This document shows positions 31,043 through 41,233 of a stretch of 64,000 bases of DNA, piece after piece; within the stretch, counting starts at the first letter, position 1; every line of letters starts with the position of its first letter. The stretch lies in the NCBI GenBank assembly GCA_964588295.1, contig CAZPOT010000003.1, positions 135,785 through 199,784 of the forward strand. Reading direction: 5' to 3'. The notes under the pieces were generated by a model. That model had not been told where the DNA came from. It worked only from the letters and a program-made list of their open reading frames with translations, and ran no database searches. The translations under genes and the position numbers were made by a program. The DNA comes from an uncultured Flavipsychrobacter sp. GTDB lineage: Bacteria > Bacteroidota > Bacteroidia > Chitinophagales > Chitinophagaceae.

Positions 31043-32959
31043 CTAAGCCTTAGGTTCCTCATCCTTCTTTTGCTCACCCATCATTTCCATCAGCTTCAAT
31101 CCCATCAGGCCATTCATAGTACCATCTGTACCATTGCCGCCACCGCTGATAATGATATCTGGTATCACCTTTATGTGCTTAGAGCCTATCTCTTCGGTTA
31201 TCTTATAGCGGGTAAAGTTATCGCCACCCATAGCACGTACCTGCAGCTCATACGCTTCGGCTGTACTCTTACCTATGGCCAGTATCTTCTCGGCCTCCGC
31301 ATTACCTGTTTTGGAGATCCTTTCAGCTTCTGCACTGGCATTCAACCTGGTCGATTCTGCTTGCGCACCAGCCCTCAACTTAGTAGCTTCTGCCTCAGCC
31401 TCTGCACGCATCCTGGTGGCTGTAGCTTCTGCGTTCACCTGCAACTTCAGGCTCGCGGCATCACCTTCTGCTTTCTTCACCACAGAATCTGCTGTGCGTT
31501 GAGAGATTTCTACGCTCTGCTGTGCCTTTACTATTTCACGCTGCATATCGGCAATGGCCGTTTCCTTTTCCATACCTTGCCTTGTTTCCTGCGCCAGGCG
31601 CTGGGTTTGGTAGGTCTTCTCCTCTTCCTGTGCTATCTTACGGTTAGTAAGCGTACGCATCAAAGCTTCCGGAGGTACTATATCACCTATCAGGGTATCC
31701 ACAGCATTCACGTTATACTCTTCCAGTACCGCACGTATGTGCGCCCTTGCCGATTCCTGCCTTTCTTTACGGGTAGTAAGGAAAGAGATCACATCACTAT
31801 CCTGGGCACTGTTACGGAAGTAGTTACCGATGGTTGGTTCCAGCACCTGCGATACCAGGTTGTTCATACTGCCGAAGCGGGCTATCACCTTAGGCGCATC
31901 GTTGGCAGGCACGTGTATGATCTGCGCTACGTCCAGGTTAAAAGGGAAACCGTCCTTAGACCTTACTGTAATGGTTGATAGATTCTTATCCAGCGCGTGC
32001 GCTTCACTGCGGGCATTGGCCCAGTTCAGCACCAGGTTGGTAGTAGGCACCAGCTCCATCTTCATGGCATACCTGTTTATCGGGTACTTACCGGGGCCCA
32101 ATGGTTCGTTCCATACACCACGGTGGCCTTTATTCACAATGTTACCGTGCTTAAAGGCAGCGCCGGTTACGTCTTCGCCATCTTCACCTATAAAGCTGAT
32201 CACCACACCTACATGGCCAATAGGCACTTCTGTCATATAGCTTTCTTCTATTTGCACTGCCCATTTGTTAATGTTGTAAGAGCCTGCCAGTATCACCTGT
32301 GGCTGCAAACCGCGGCTACCGCCATTAGCAAGAAAGGCATCAAAATCCTGGAAGTTATTGTGGCCATTAACAATGGCACCCGCTATCTGGCCTTGCTTCA
32401 GCGGCTCACCATCTAGCGCAGTAACTACACCTACCATGCCCTCGCCCACTACCGTCTGCTCTACCATAGTTATCTCGAAGAGATACTTGTTGATACGGTA
32501 AGAACCTGCTGTTATAAAGGCTGTCTGGCGGCCCCTTTGTCCTCCGTTATCCAGGAACTTTTCCGCATCCTGGAAGTTATCGCAATCCACCCGTGTGCCT
32601 AATATGCGGCCTGTAGGTATCTCTGCACCATCTTTGGAAAGCACCAGCCCTATATGGCCTTCTGGTATCACGGTAAATGGTATAAGGTCAAGCGCATACT
32701 GCCATGGCCACATCATCCAGTAAAGACCGGGAGCTAGTGTCTTGGCCTGGAAACCTGCCTCACCCTTGGTAGCTATGATACGGCCATCGGGCAGGCGGTT
32801 AGAACCAGATAAGGTAAACTTCTTGGTAACAAGGCCTATACTGCTTTCGGGAATAATGATCATACCGAAGAAGACCCTTAAAATGATCTTGTACAAAACC
32901 AGTGCAAGAATTAATAAAACGATCCAGCCGTAGCTGAACATAAACGTACTGAAAGTCAT
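31043..32959 (-). CDS. flotillin-like SPFH/band-7 family protein
   Basis: N-terminal TM, SPFH-like core, long Ala/Glu-rich coiled coil (AEAEAEATKLRAGAQAE...), flotillin-type C-terminus. Confidence 0.8.
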   Translation of the reverse strand: MTFSTFMFSYGWIVLLILALVLYKIILRVFFGMIIIPESSIGLVTKKFTLSGSNRLPDGRIIATKGEAGFQAKTLAPGLYWMMWPWQYALDLIPFTVIPEGHIGLVLSKDGAEIPTGRILGTRVDCDNFQDAEKFLDNGGQRGRQTAFITAGSYRINKYLFEITMVEQTVVGEGMVGVVTALDGEPLKQGQIAGAIVNGHNNFQDFDAFLANGGSRGLQPQVILAGSYNINKWAVQIEESYMTEVPIGHVGVVISFIGEDGEDVTGAAFKHGNIVNKGHRGVWNEPLGPGKYPINRYAMKMELVPTTNLVLNWANARSEAHALDKNLSTITVRSKDGFPFNLDVAQIIHVPANDAPKVIARFGSMNNLVSQVLEPTIGNYFRNSAQDSDVISFLTTRKERQESARAHIRAVLEEYNVNAVDTLIGDIVPPEALMRTLTNRKIAQEEEKTYQTQRLAQETRQGMEKETAIADMQREIVKAQQSVEISQRTADSVVKKAEGDAASLKLQVNAEATATRMRAEAEAEATKLRAGAQAESTRLNASAEAERISKTGNAEAEKILAIGKSTAEAYELQVRAMGGDNFTRYKITEEIGSKHIKVIPDIIISGGGNGTDGTMNGLMGLKLMEMMGEQKKDEEPKA

Positions 32960-33389
32960 AGTTCGTGTGTTTTTAAATATAAAGTGAATAGAAAAAACGA
33001 GGTCACTATCCCGTATGTGAACGGGATAACAAATTGCGGGTAACGATAAAAATTAATGTATCGCCAAACCCTATGCGACGAGTGCGCACGGCGGGTGAAC
33101 CATCTTCTTGTGGTTAACCATATTTTCTTTGATCTGGAAAGGTAAGGTGCTGTTTACATCAGCCTTATCTGTGGCAGGAGTTGAAGAAAAAAAGAAGGGT
33201 TTCCGGTCTGTAAAGAGTACAGTAGCACTCATAGTTTTGGTGTCATTTATTTTGACGATGTAAAATTACAACCGCTTTCCATATTGCATAGTGTTACGCA
33301 TGGCATTAACAATACATTAGGTATTGTTCAAATCTATAAAGCTCATTAGCCACGCCTATAATGCGCGCCCATGGCTCATTTCAGCGGCA

Positions 33390-33857
33390 TCAGAGTTTCA
33401 GATACTCGGCACTGGCCAGCATACTGTTGCTCAGTTCCTTAATGCCCGTCACTTCACAGATAACAAGATCATTAATAAAACCCGGCATAACAAATGCCTG
33501 GTTGATATCATTCAGTTCCACCTCCATGATCACCAGCTTTATGTGGTGAAACTCATCCACTTCATACTTCAGTCCGTCGTGCGCATACACATGCCTTGTC
33601 TTGTGTATACCCTTCTTCACAATCCCGCAATTATGAAAAGCATGCACATCTATCTCGTACTCCTCTTCCTCGTTAATACCATTGCCTAGCGCGGTCTTAC
33701 GCGTCTTGTAATAACGCTTATCATCACCGCTGATGCGCTCCCTGTATCGCCAGCCATCAGCCGCATACTTCTGGAATATCGTATACACCTCATGTCCAGT
33801 CACATCAGGCACATTGCGCATAATAAAGCGGCGTTCTATCTCAAGACCATTACCCAT
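33390..33857 (-). CDS. CYTH-domain protein (triphosphate tunnel metalloenzyme)
   Basis: N-terminal LEIERRF motif matching the CYTH ExExK signature; 155 aa. Confidence 0.55.
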   Translation of the reverse strand: MGNGLEIERRFIMRNVPDVTGHEVYTIFQKYAADGWRYRERISGDDKRYYKTRKTALGNGINEEEEYEIDVHAFHNCGIVKKGIHKTRHVYAHDGLKYEVDEFHHIKLVIMEVELNDINQAFVMPGFINDLVICEVTGIKELSNSMLASAEYLKL

Positions 33858-33883
33858 AGCTGTAAAATTATTAAATTGCTGTC

Positions 33884-34213
33884 ATGAACGTTGAATCAAT
33901 AAGAGAATATGCACTCTCCAAACCCGATGTAGAAGAAGGCCTGCCCTTCGGCCCGGAGACATTGGTATTCAAAGTAGCTGGCAAAATATTCCTCCTCATG
34001 AGCCTCGACTCAGACCCGCTGCAATTCAATGTCAAGTGCGATCCCGACAAAGCCATAGAGCTCCGCGACCAGTACCCAGCAGTGCTCCCCGGCTACCACA
34101 TGAACAAGAAACACTGGAACACCATAATAGTCGACGGCACCCTCACCGCCAAACAACTAAAAGAAATGATCGACCACTCCTACACCCTCGTAGCCCCAAA
34201 GAAAAAGAAGTAG
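33884..34213 (+). CDS. MmcQ/YjbR family DNA-binding protein
   Basis: 109 aa, YjbR-like sequence (REYALSKPDVEEGLPFG...KHWNTI). Confidence 0.65.
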   Translation: MNVESIREYALSKPDVEEGLPFGPETLVFKVAGKIFLLMSLDSDPLQFNVKCDPDKAIELRDQYPAVLPGYHMNKKHWNTIIVDGTLTAKQLKEMIDHSYTLVAPKKKK

Positions 34214-34280
34214 TCGGCAATAACATGTTCCGTAGGTGCGCTCCAACGAACTCACACAAATAATACAACCACACGATAAA

Positions 34281-34332
34281 GTCCTGAAAGGACGTTTTAT
34301 TACAGCGATGGGTTTCAACCCATCGGCTTAAG
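34281..34332 (+). repeat. two-hairpin dispersed intergenic element, copy B
   Basis: GTCCTGAAAGGACGTTTTATTACAGCGATGGGTTTCAACCCATCGGCTTAAG. Confidence 0.8.
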
Positions 34333-34435
34333 ACGCTCCACGTCATTGCGCCGTAGGTGCAAAAGCTTTGTAGAAAAGAAATTTAAATTGAAATTGCGCT
34401 CCGTAGGTGCGCTCCAATAACAACGCGGCTGAAGC

Positions 34436-35635
34436 TTAAGAACCTATCGCACCCCGCACAGCCCGCACCACCAGCAGCAGTAATAAGCCTCCACTTGCAC
34501 CCAGTGCCACCCATACGGGCATCCCCGGCACTGCATGCAGCACCAGCCCTTTGGCCTGCGCCATCGTCATAGCCACATACTGCAACGCCACTACAGCCAC
34601 AGCCCCCAGCAGCAATACAAAACCTATAAATGGCACAAACCGTCCCAGCATAAAACCACTCAATCTCCGCGGACTATACCCCAACTCTTTCAACAACACC
34701 AGCGACTGATGTGCACGTGCTATGGTCAGTTCTATGAACAGGATGAACACCAGCGCACCTATCCCCATTAGTAATACAGCCAGCACACCGGTAGCCGTTG
34801 TCACTACCTCTACTATCTCCCTTATCTTACTCCAGCGCAGGTTCTCCGTATTCGTGCTGTAATCCTTATCCTTCAGGTAATTGGTAAAATGCCTGTCCGA
34901 TGGATCTTTCACTTTCAATATCAGTTGCGATGGCTGCCCACCCGTCTTCTGCCCGGCAAACTTTTCATTGCCATAGTCAATAAACGCCTGCGGTGCCATT
35001 ACCGAATTGATCCTGTCCGAGAACCCTACCACGTGTGCAGAGTAGGTCTCTGCACTGGCCTCCGGCCCTATCTTTATCCGCAAGGCTATCATCTTTACCG
35101 ATGATTCCGACAGCTGCGGCAAGCCCTGGCTCGGCGCAAATACATAGTTATATAACCCCAGGAATTGTGTCGACATAATGATCGGCACATCTCGTCTGCC
35201 AGGCTTCCAGTCCCAGTCCGCGGGCTTGTTGTCCAGGAAGTTGTCAGGCACACTCTCCAGCGGCAGATCCGTCGACATTGCCAGTTGCCCGCCAAGTACA
35301 GCCCACACCGGGAATTTATTGGAAGAGATGATACCCACCTCCTGCACCTGCGGTGCCTGCTTCAGCCCTTCAATGTCACCGGCACTGAATAGTGTGGCAT
35401 CCTTTACCCCTACATTGGTATTCGTTACCCTCTTCCCTACTACCACGTAGGTGCTGCCTGCACCGTCCTGGTCATTCTTGCCATAAAGTAACTCATCAAA
35501 GTTCCACCATATCAGCACCGATGCCAGCAGCAGGAAGTTGCCTATAAACAACGCCGTAAGCGCCGCCCACAGCCTGCTGCGCCCTGTGCCGTACAGCAGC
35601 AATCGCTTCAATATCTGTTTCTGTCCGCTCTTCAT
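34436..35635 (-). CDS. ABC transporter permease, FtsX-like
   Basis: N-terminal TM, large extracytoplasmic domain, C-terminal 3-TM FtsX-type bundle. Confidence 0.75.
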   Translation of the reverse strand: MKSGQKQILKRLLLYGTGRSRLWAALTALFIGNFLLLASVLIWWNFDELLYGKNDQDGAGSTYVVVGKRVTNTNVGVKDATLFSAGDIEGLKQAPQVQEVGIISSNKFPVWAVLGGQLAMSTDLPLESVPDNFLDNKPADWDWKPGRRDVPIIMSTQFLGLYNYVFAPSQGLPQLSESSVKMIALRIKIGPEASAETYSAHVVGFSDRINSVMAPQAFIDYGNEKFAGQKTGGQPSQLILKVKDPSDRHFTNYLKDKDYSTNTENLRWSKIREIVEVVTTATGVLAVLLMGIGALVFILFIELTIARAHQSLVLLKELGYSPRRLSGFMLGRFVPFIGFVLLLGAVAVVALQYVAMTMAQAKGLVLHAVPGMPVWVALGASGGLLLLLVVRAVRGAIGS

Positions 35636-36279
35636 TACAGGTCTATCGTTTGGGTATACGGAAAGAAATTATTGTCATCCAGGTCCGCCAGCAGCATTGC
35701 TGCATTGCGTTGGTGTACCACCTCAGCTATCAGTTGCGCAGCCCTGCCTTTATTATCATTGTCCAGGTGGCTGAAGGGTTCATCCATCAGCAACCATTCA
35801 AAGGGTTGTAGCAGCGCCCGTATAATGGCTACCCTTTGTTGTTCACCATAAGATAGCGTTGCCCCGCGCGATGCGCTTTTATTGGCTATGCCCAGCCGCT
35901 GCATCCAGCCCTTCACCGTAGCCTCATCTACAGTATCGGTCAGCTGTCTTTTAACTTCCAGGTTCTCCCATACAGTAAGCTCGGGGAACAAGCGCATATC
36001 CTGGAAGATCACGCTTAGCTTACCGGTTCTCAATTCGGCAATACTATCAGCACCCATCTGCCGCATTTGTTGCTCGCCCCATGCTATACTGCCTTCGTAG
36101 TCGGTACGTATACCATATAACATATGCACCAGCGTGGTCTTACCTGTGCCCGATGGTGCTTTTACAAACACATACTCGTTACCCTGCAATACAAGCTCAT
36201 TAAGCCATATCCCAGACCTCCTGCCCTCCATCCGTTCCCGCAGGGGCACGGGCATTAAACCATTTACAGACAACTGCAT
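35635..36279 (-). CDS. ABC transporter ATP-binding protein
   Basis: Walker A APSGTGKTT, ABC signature LSYGEQQR, Walker B LLMDEP; 1-nt overlap with permease. Confidence 0.85.
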   Translation of the reverse strand: MQLSVNGLMPVPLRERMEGRRSGIWLNELVLQGNEYVFVKAPSGTGKTTLVHMLYGIRTDYEGSIAWGEQQMRQMGADSIAELRTGKLSVIFQDMRLFPELTVWENLEVKRQLTDTVDEATVKGWMQRLGIANKSASRGATLSYGEQQRVAIIRALLQPFEWLLMDEPFSHLDNDNKGRAAQLIAEVVHQRNAAMLLADLDDNNFFPYTQTIDL

Positions 36280-36395
36280 ACTAAAACAAATGTATAGCTA
36301 ACCTGGCAAAAACCGAGCCATATCCACAAAACAAAAACGGGATGCAAAATTGCATCCCGTCACTTTATACACATTTTTTACGATCACATTGAAAA

Positions 36396-36447
36396 GTCCT
36401 GAAAGGACGTACTATTATAGCGATGGGTTTCAACCCATCGGCTTAAA
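36396..36447 (+). repeat. two-hairpin dispersed intergenic element, copy C
   Basis: GTCCTGAAAGGACGTACTATTATAGCGATGGGTTTCAACCCATCGGCTTAAAAGG. Confidence 0.8.
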
Positions 36448-36456
36448 AGGCGGTTA

Positions 36457-37710
36457 CTACTTCAGCTTAAACGCCTTCTTCACCTTAGCTACATAGTCCA
36501 GCTTCTCCCACGTAAACAGCTCTACCTTTACCTTCTTCATCTTACCGTCAGCAGCCTTAAATTCTTTGGTCACTGTTTCAGGTACCCTACCCATGTGGCC
36601 GTAAGCAGCACACTCGCTATACATTGGCTGGCGCAACTTCAGGCGCTCCTCAATAAAGTAAGGACGCATATCAAACACTTCCTGAACGATCTCGCTTATC
36701 TCGCCATCGGTCATGCCTACTTTAGATGTACCCTTTGTATCTACAAATATGCTGGTTGGCTTAGCCACGCCTATCGCGTAAGATACCTGTACCAGCACTT
36801 CATCACATACACCTGCTGCTACTAGGTTCTTGGCTATATGGCGCGTAGCATATGCCGCAGAACGGTCTACCTTGCTCGGATCTTTACCGGAGAAGGCACC
36901 GCCGCCGTGCGCACCCTTACCACCGTAAGTGTCCACTATTATCTTACGACCCGTAAGACCGGTATCGCCGTGCGGGCCACCTATCACAAACTTACCCGTT
37001 GGGTTGATGTGATACTTGATATTGTTATTGAACAAATGCTTGTACTGCGGATAGCTCTTGATAACGCGTGGTATCAGGATGGTCTTCACATCCTTGGCTA
37101 TACGGTCCTGCATCGCTTGCTCTTCAGCAAAGTCATCGTGCTGTGTGCTGATAACTATTGCGTCAATACGCACCGGCTTGTTATCGTCGCTGTACTCCAG
37201 GGTCACCTGGCTCTTGGCATCCGGGCGCAGATACTTCATCTGCTTGCCTTCCCTGCGTATAGCGCTCAGCTGCAGCAGCAGGTTGTGCGCCAGGTCCAGC
37301 GCCAATGGCATATAGTTGTCGGTTTCGTTGGTAGCATAACCAAACATCATACCCTGGTCACCGGCACCCTGCTCTTCCTTATTCTTCTTGTCCACACCCT
37401 GGTTAATGTCCGGAGACTGCTCGTGTATTGCAGAAAGAACACCACAAGAGTTAGCTTCAAACATATACTCGCTCTTGGTGTAGCCTATGCGGGCTATCAC
37501 TTCGCGGGCTATAGATTGTACATCAATATAGGTGCTGCACTTTACCTCACCCGCCAATACTACCTGGCCTGTGGTTACAAGCGTTTCGCAGGCAATTTTA
37601 GACTGTGGGTCCCATGCAAGAAAGTTATCTACTAATGCGTCCGATATCTGGTCGGCTACTTTATCCGGGTGTCCTTCCGATACAGACTCTGAAGTGAATA
37701 AATAAGGCAT
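36457..37710 (-). CDS. metK: S-adenosylmethionine synthetase
   Basis: GHPDK motif, 417 aa, MetK similarity throughout. Confidence 0.95.
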   Translation of the reverse strand: MPYLFTSESVSEGHPDKVADQISDALVDNFLAWDPQSKIACETLVTTGQVVLAGEVKCSTYIDVQSIAREVIARIGYTKSEYMFEANSCGVLSAIHEQSPDINQGVDKKNKEEQGAGDQGMMFGYATNETDNYMPLALDLAHNLLLQLSAIRREGKQMKYLRPDAKSQVTLEYSDDNKPVRIDAIVISTQHDDFAEEQAMQDRIAKDVKTILIPRVIKSYPQYKHLFNNNIKYHINPTGKFVIGGPHGDTGLTGRKIIVDTYGGKGAHGGGAFSGKDPSKVDRSAAYATRHIAKNLVAAGVCDEVLVQVSYAIGVAKPTSIFVDTKGTSKVGMTDGEISEIVQEVFDMRPYFIEERLKLRQPMYSECAAYGHMGRVPETVTKEFKAADGKMKKVKVELFTWEKLDYVAKVKKAFKLK

Positions 37711-37866
37711 TTTAATTCAGAATTTTTAATGAAAAAATGTTTTGCCAGTTCAATGGCGGACAAATGTATGAATTGTTAGCTTTTTTAAAGCATAGTATCA
37801 TCTTAAAGTTTTCAGCACTATCCATTTATGTGTAAACTACGGTAATACCGTACCATTATCAAATAG

Positions 37867-37894
37867 TAATGCCCACCAATGGGCGGGCATTACA
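37867..37894 (-). terminator. hairpin terminator downstream of glmS
   Basis: perfect hairpin GTAATGCCCGCCCATTGGTGGGCATTAC on minus transcript followed by TATTTGAT. Confidence 0.45.
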
Positions 37895-37914
37895 AGATCA
37901 CATTATCCTATAAA

Positions 37915-39753
37915 TTACTCTACGGTCACACTCTTCGCCAGGTTACGTGGCTGGTCCACGTTACAGCCACGCATAATGGCTATGTGGTAAGCCAGCAACT
38001 GCAGCGGCACTATTGTAATGAGTGGAGAAAGTATTTCTTCTGTCTCAGGCACTTCTATCACGTGGTCAGCCAGCTCTGCTATCTGGGTATCGCCCTTCAG
38101 TACTACAGCTATTATCTTACCCTTACGTGCTTTTACTTCCTGTATGTTAGATACTATTTTCTCATACGCACTCTTGTTGGTAGCCAGGAACACAACCGGC
38201 ATGTTCTCGTCTATCAGGGCTATTGGTCCGTGCTTCATTTCAGCAGCAGGATAGCCTTCGGCGTGTATATAAGATATTTCCTTCAGCTTCAGCGCACCTT
38301 CCAGCGCTACAGGGAAGTTGTAGCCACGGCCCAGGTACAGGAAGTTGGTAGCATCTTTGTAGATGGCTGCTATTTCCTTCACCTGGTCATTCACCTGCAG
38401 GGTCTCTTCAATTTTCTTAGAGATGTTCTCCAACTCTATCAGTATCTCTCTTATTTTGGATGTAGGCAAAGTGCCCTTTACCATAGCTATTTGCAGGGCA
38501 ATAAGCGTAATGATAGATACCTGGGTAGAGAACGCCTTGGTTGACGCCACACCTATCTCCGGACCGGCATGTGTATAAGAACCTGCGTGCGAAGTACGTG
38601 CTATAGAAGAGCCGATCACGTTACAGATACCGTATATCAGCGCCTGCCTTTCTTTGGCCAGCTCTATAGCCGCCAGGGTATCAGCCGTTTCACCGCTCTG
38701 CGATATCGCCATCACCACATCGTTCTCCCTGATGATCGGGTTACGATAGCGGAACTCAGACGCATATTCTACTTCTACCGGCACACGTGCCAGGTCTTCT
38801 ATCAGGTATTCGCCAATAAGGCCGGAATGCCAAGAAGTTCCGCAAGCAGTTACAATAAAGCGACCTGCATTATCAATACGGTTAATGTACTCATCAAGGC
38901 CACCCAGCTTTATCCAGCCCTGCTGTGCGTTCATACGGCCACGCAAAGAGTCTTCAATAGCCCTTGGTTGTTCGTATATCTCCTTCAGCATAAAATGCTC
39001 AAAGTTGCCTTTCTCTATTGCCTCCAGCGATAGCTCCAGCTTCTGGATAGCGTGAGATTTCTCTACGTTGCCCAGCGTGCGGATGCTGTAAGACTTATCC
39101 CTGTTCACTACTGCATACTCCTGGTCGTCCAGATATACCACGTTCTTGGTATATTCTATTATAGATGATGCATCTGAACCCACAAAAAACTCGTCTTCAC
39201 CAATACCCAGTACCAGCGGGCTACCCTTACGGGCCGCTATCAGCTGATCAGGATTATTACGGTTCAGCACAACTATTGCATAGGCGCCTACCACCTCGTT
39301 CAGCGCTATACGCACTGCATTATCCAATGTGGTGTTCTCTGTCTTCTTTACTTCTTCAATCAGGTTCACCAATACTTCAGTATCCGTGTCCGATTTAAAT
39401 TCGTATCCCCTCTTTTGCAGCTCTGCCTTTATCGATGCGTAATTCTCTATGATACCGTTATGTATGATAGCCAGCTCGCCCGACTGAGACAAATGCGGAT
39501 GCGCATTCCTGTCGTTAGGCTCACCATGGGTCGCCCAGCGTGTATGACCTATGCCTATTGTTGCGCCGATATTATTCGTATCAACAACAGTTTCCAGATC
39601 CTTTACCTTACCTGCTTTCTTAAAAATGGTCATGCCGCCATTCAGCAGCGCTACACCGGCGCTGTCGTATCCGCGATACTCCAATCTCTTCAGGCCTTTT
39701 ACCAGTATCGGGTATGCCTGTCTGTTACCTATGTAACCAACTATGCCACACAT
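37915..39753 (-). CDS. glmS: glutamine--fructose-6-phosphate aminotransferase
   Basis: N-terminal MCGIVGY nucleophile, two SIS domains, 612 aa. Confidence 0.96.
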   Translation of the reverse strand: MCGIVGYIGNRQAYPILVKGLKRLEYRGYDSAGVALLNGGMTIFKKAGKVKDLETVVDTNNIGATIGIGHTRWATHGEPNDRNAHPHLSQSGELAIIHNGIIENYASIKAELQKRGYEFKSDTDTEVLVNLIEEVKKTENTTLDNAVRIALNEVVGAYAIVVLNRNNPDQLIAARKGSPLVLGIGEDEFFVGSDASSIIEYTKNVVYLDDQEYAVVNRDKSYSIRTLGNVEKSHAIQKLELSLEAIEKGNFEHFMLKEIYEQPRAIEDSLRGRMNAQQGWIKLGGLDEYINRIDNAGRFIVTACGTSWHSGLIGEYLIEDLARVPVEVEYASEFRYRNPIIRENDVVMAISQSGETADTLAAIELAKERQALIYGICNVIGSSIARTSHAGSYTHAGPEIGVASTKAFSTQVSIITLIALQIAMVKGTLPTSKIREILIELENISKKIEETLQVNDQVKEIAAIYKDATNFLYLGRGYNFPVALEGALKLKEISYIHAEGYPAAEMKHGPIALIDENMPVVFLATNKSAYEKIVSNIQEVKARKGKIIAVVLKGDTQIAELADHVIEVPETEEILSPLITIVPLQLLAYHIAIMRGCNVDQPRNLAKSVTVE

Positions 39754-39757
39754 GGGG

Positions 39758-41200
39758 TTATTTTTTTAAGGATGAATATACTACAATTAGCTTTGCCCTG
39801 TATCTCGGATCGGAATAATTTCCGCCGGCAAAAATGTTGCGGTAAGCGCCGTATATCAGCTGCGTACCTCTTACGTGATAATGCAGCGTGTCGTTACCGG
39901 CACCTATGCTGGCTATCACCTCCCTCGGAAGGCCTATAGTATATGTTGTGATACCGGTACTACCGTATGTAATGGTATGCGGTGTGCCGTCAAGAATTGT
40001 ATATGCCGATGTTGATGTCAATGGCCAGCGGTCCAGTACTGTGTACTCATCCCCCGCGGTAGTGCCCGCAGGCCAGGTACCGTTGCCCACCCCTACAGGG
40101 TATATCTGGTCGTGACCAAAGAATATAGAAGATGCAAGCGATGGCAGCACCGAAAGTTGTATCTCAGCCTTATTGATCACAACATTCTTTGGTATAGAAT
40201 TCAGACCCGCTACCTTAATATCAATAGTAGCACCCGGCTGGTTCTGCAGTGCTATGATAGAATCATTGGCCTGCACCGACTGGAACAGGTTATTCAGCGG
40301 GAAGCGACTGTATCCCCTTGTGATATTATTAAAATGCGCACACAGACTCTGCTCATGAGAAAATGCCAGGTGCATAGCGCTGTCAGGCCTTGCATAGGAA
40401 TGGTAGTACATCAATACACCTGCCTTCGAATAGTCATCACTGCCATTCAAAATAAAGTAAGGCATTACCTTACCAAAAGTGCGCGAATCAGAAGGGCGAA
40501 CGCAGATACCTTTAAAATAGTTAACGAACGCAGTTGCCGGATCTGCCTGGGTTGCGCCATAAGCAATCGCCTCGCTCAACCTGGAGTAAATTACAGACTT
40601 CCTCAGCTTGATGCGCATTGCCGGATGTGTCATTGTGCCGTCATGCTCCCTTACTGAGTCACCCAGTTGATTCACTTTTACAGTGATCGGATCGCTCAAC
40701 GGCTGTGCTATGTCTATTGGTTTGGTATCATTGGCATGGTATACTGTACTAGCCCCCAACGTGTCGCCCAGGTAAAACACCTGGTAAGATTGTGTCAGAG
40801 ATTTGGTTGCGCTATCACCAAACGAAAAACCCGAATAAGGCAATACCAGTACTATCGAATCCAGGTAGTTAACTATCGAAGTATCAAAAGCCAGCAATCC
40901 CCTCGAGTTCGCTATCTGGAAGAAAGCAGATCCATTGGTAGTACCAAAGAAAGAATCTGTAATAGCACCAACAGCGGCATACTCAGGTACACCGCTGGCA
41001 TTGTAGCTCGTCACTACATCATTGCTGAAGAAGCTATGCGTAATGCATTTCAGCGTATCAGCACGCACGCCCGCCGTATCACTCGCTGGCGATAAAGAGC
41101 TGCTGATCAGCGTATGTTCCCGGCAGCCGCTGGTAAATATTACGGCAGCAACCAGTAAAGTAACTATTGTCCTCAATCCAAACCGGGAAGTCAAACTCAA
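39758..41200 (-). CDS. DUF4270-family lipoprotein
   Basis: lipobox (FTSGC); 480 aa; conserved Bacteroidota neighbour of the short glycogen-synthase-like gene. Confidence 0.5.
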   Translation of the reverse strand: MSLTSRFGLRTIVTLLVAAVIFTSGCREHTLISSSLSPASDTAGVRADTLKCITHSFFSNDVVTSYNASGVPEYAAVGAITDSFFGTTNGSAFFQIANSRGLLAFDTSIVNYLDSIVLVLPYSGFSFGDSATKSLTQSYQVFYLGDTLGASTVYHANDTKPIDIAQPLSDPITVKVNQLGDSVREHDGTMTHPAMRIKLRKSVIYSRLSEAIAYGATQADPATAFVNYFKGICVRPSDSRTFGKVMPYFILNGSDDYSKAGVLMYYHSYARPDSAMHLAFSHEQSLCAHFNNITRGYSRFPLNNLFQSVQANDSIIALQNQPGATIDIKVAGLNSIPKNVVINKAEIQLSVLPSLASSIFFGHDQIYPVGVGNGTWPAGTTAGDEYTVLDRWPLTSTSAYTILDGTPHTITYGSTGITTYTIGLPREVIASIGAGNDTLHYHVRGTQLIYGAYRNIFAGGNYSDPRYRAKLIVVYSSLKK

Positions 41201-41233
41201 TATATTTAGGGTGCTAAGATGCTAAAAGAAAAA

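Noticed and set aside
36396-36447. tRNA-like T-arm (GGGTTTCAACCC) in the repeated hairpin element
   Set aside because: There is no acceptor or D-arm context and the loop is 4 nt; the same hairpin recurs six times with different stem sequences, consistent with a repeat family rather than tRNA genes.
37711-37914. SAM riboswitch upstream of metK, or glmS ribozyme upstream of glmS
   Set aside because: I could not recognise SAM-I/II/IV conserved cores in the metK leader; the only strong structure there is the glmS terminator hairpin. glmS ribozymes are not expected in Bacteroidota and no matching core was seen.
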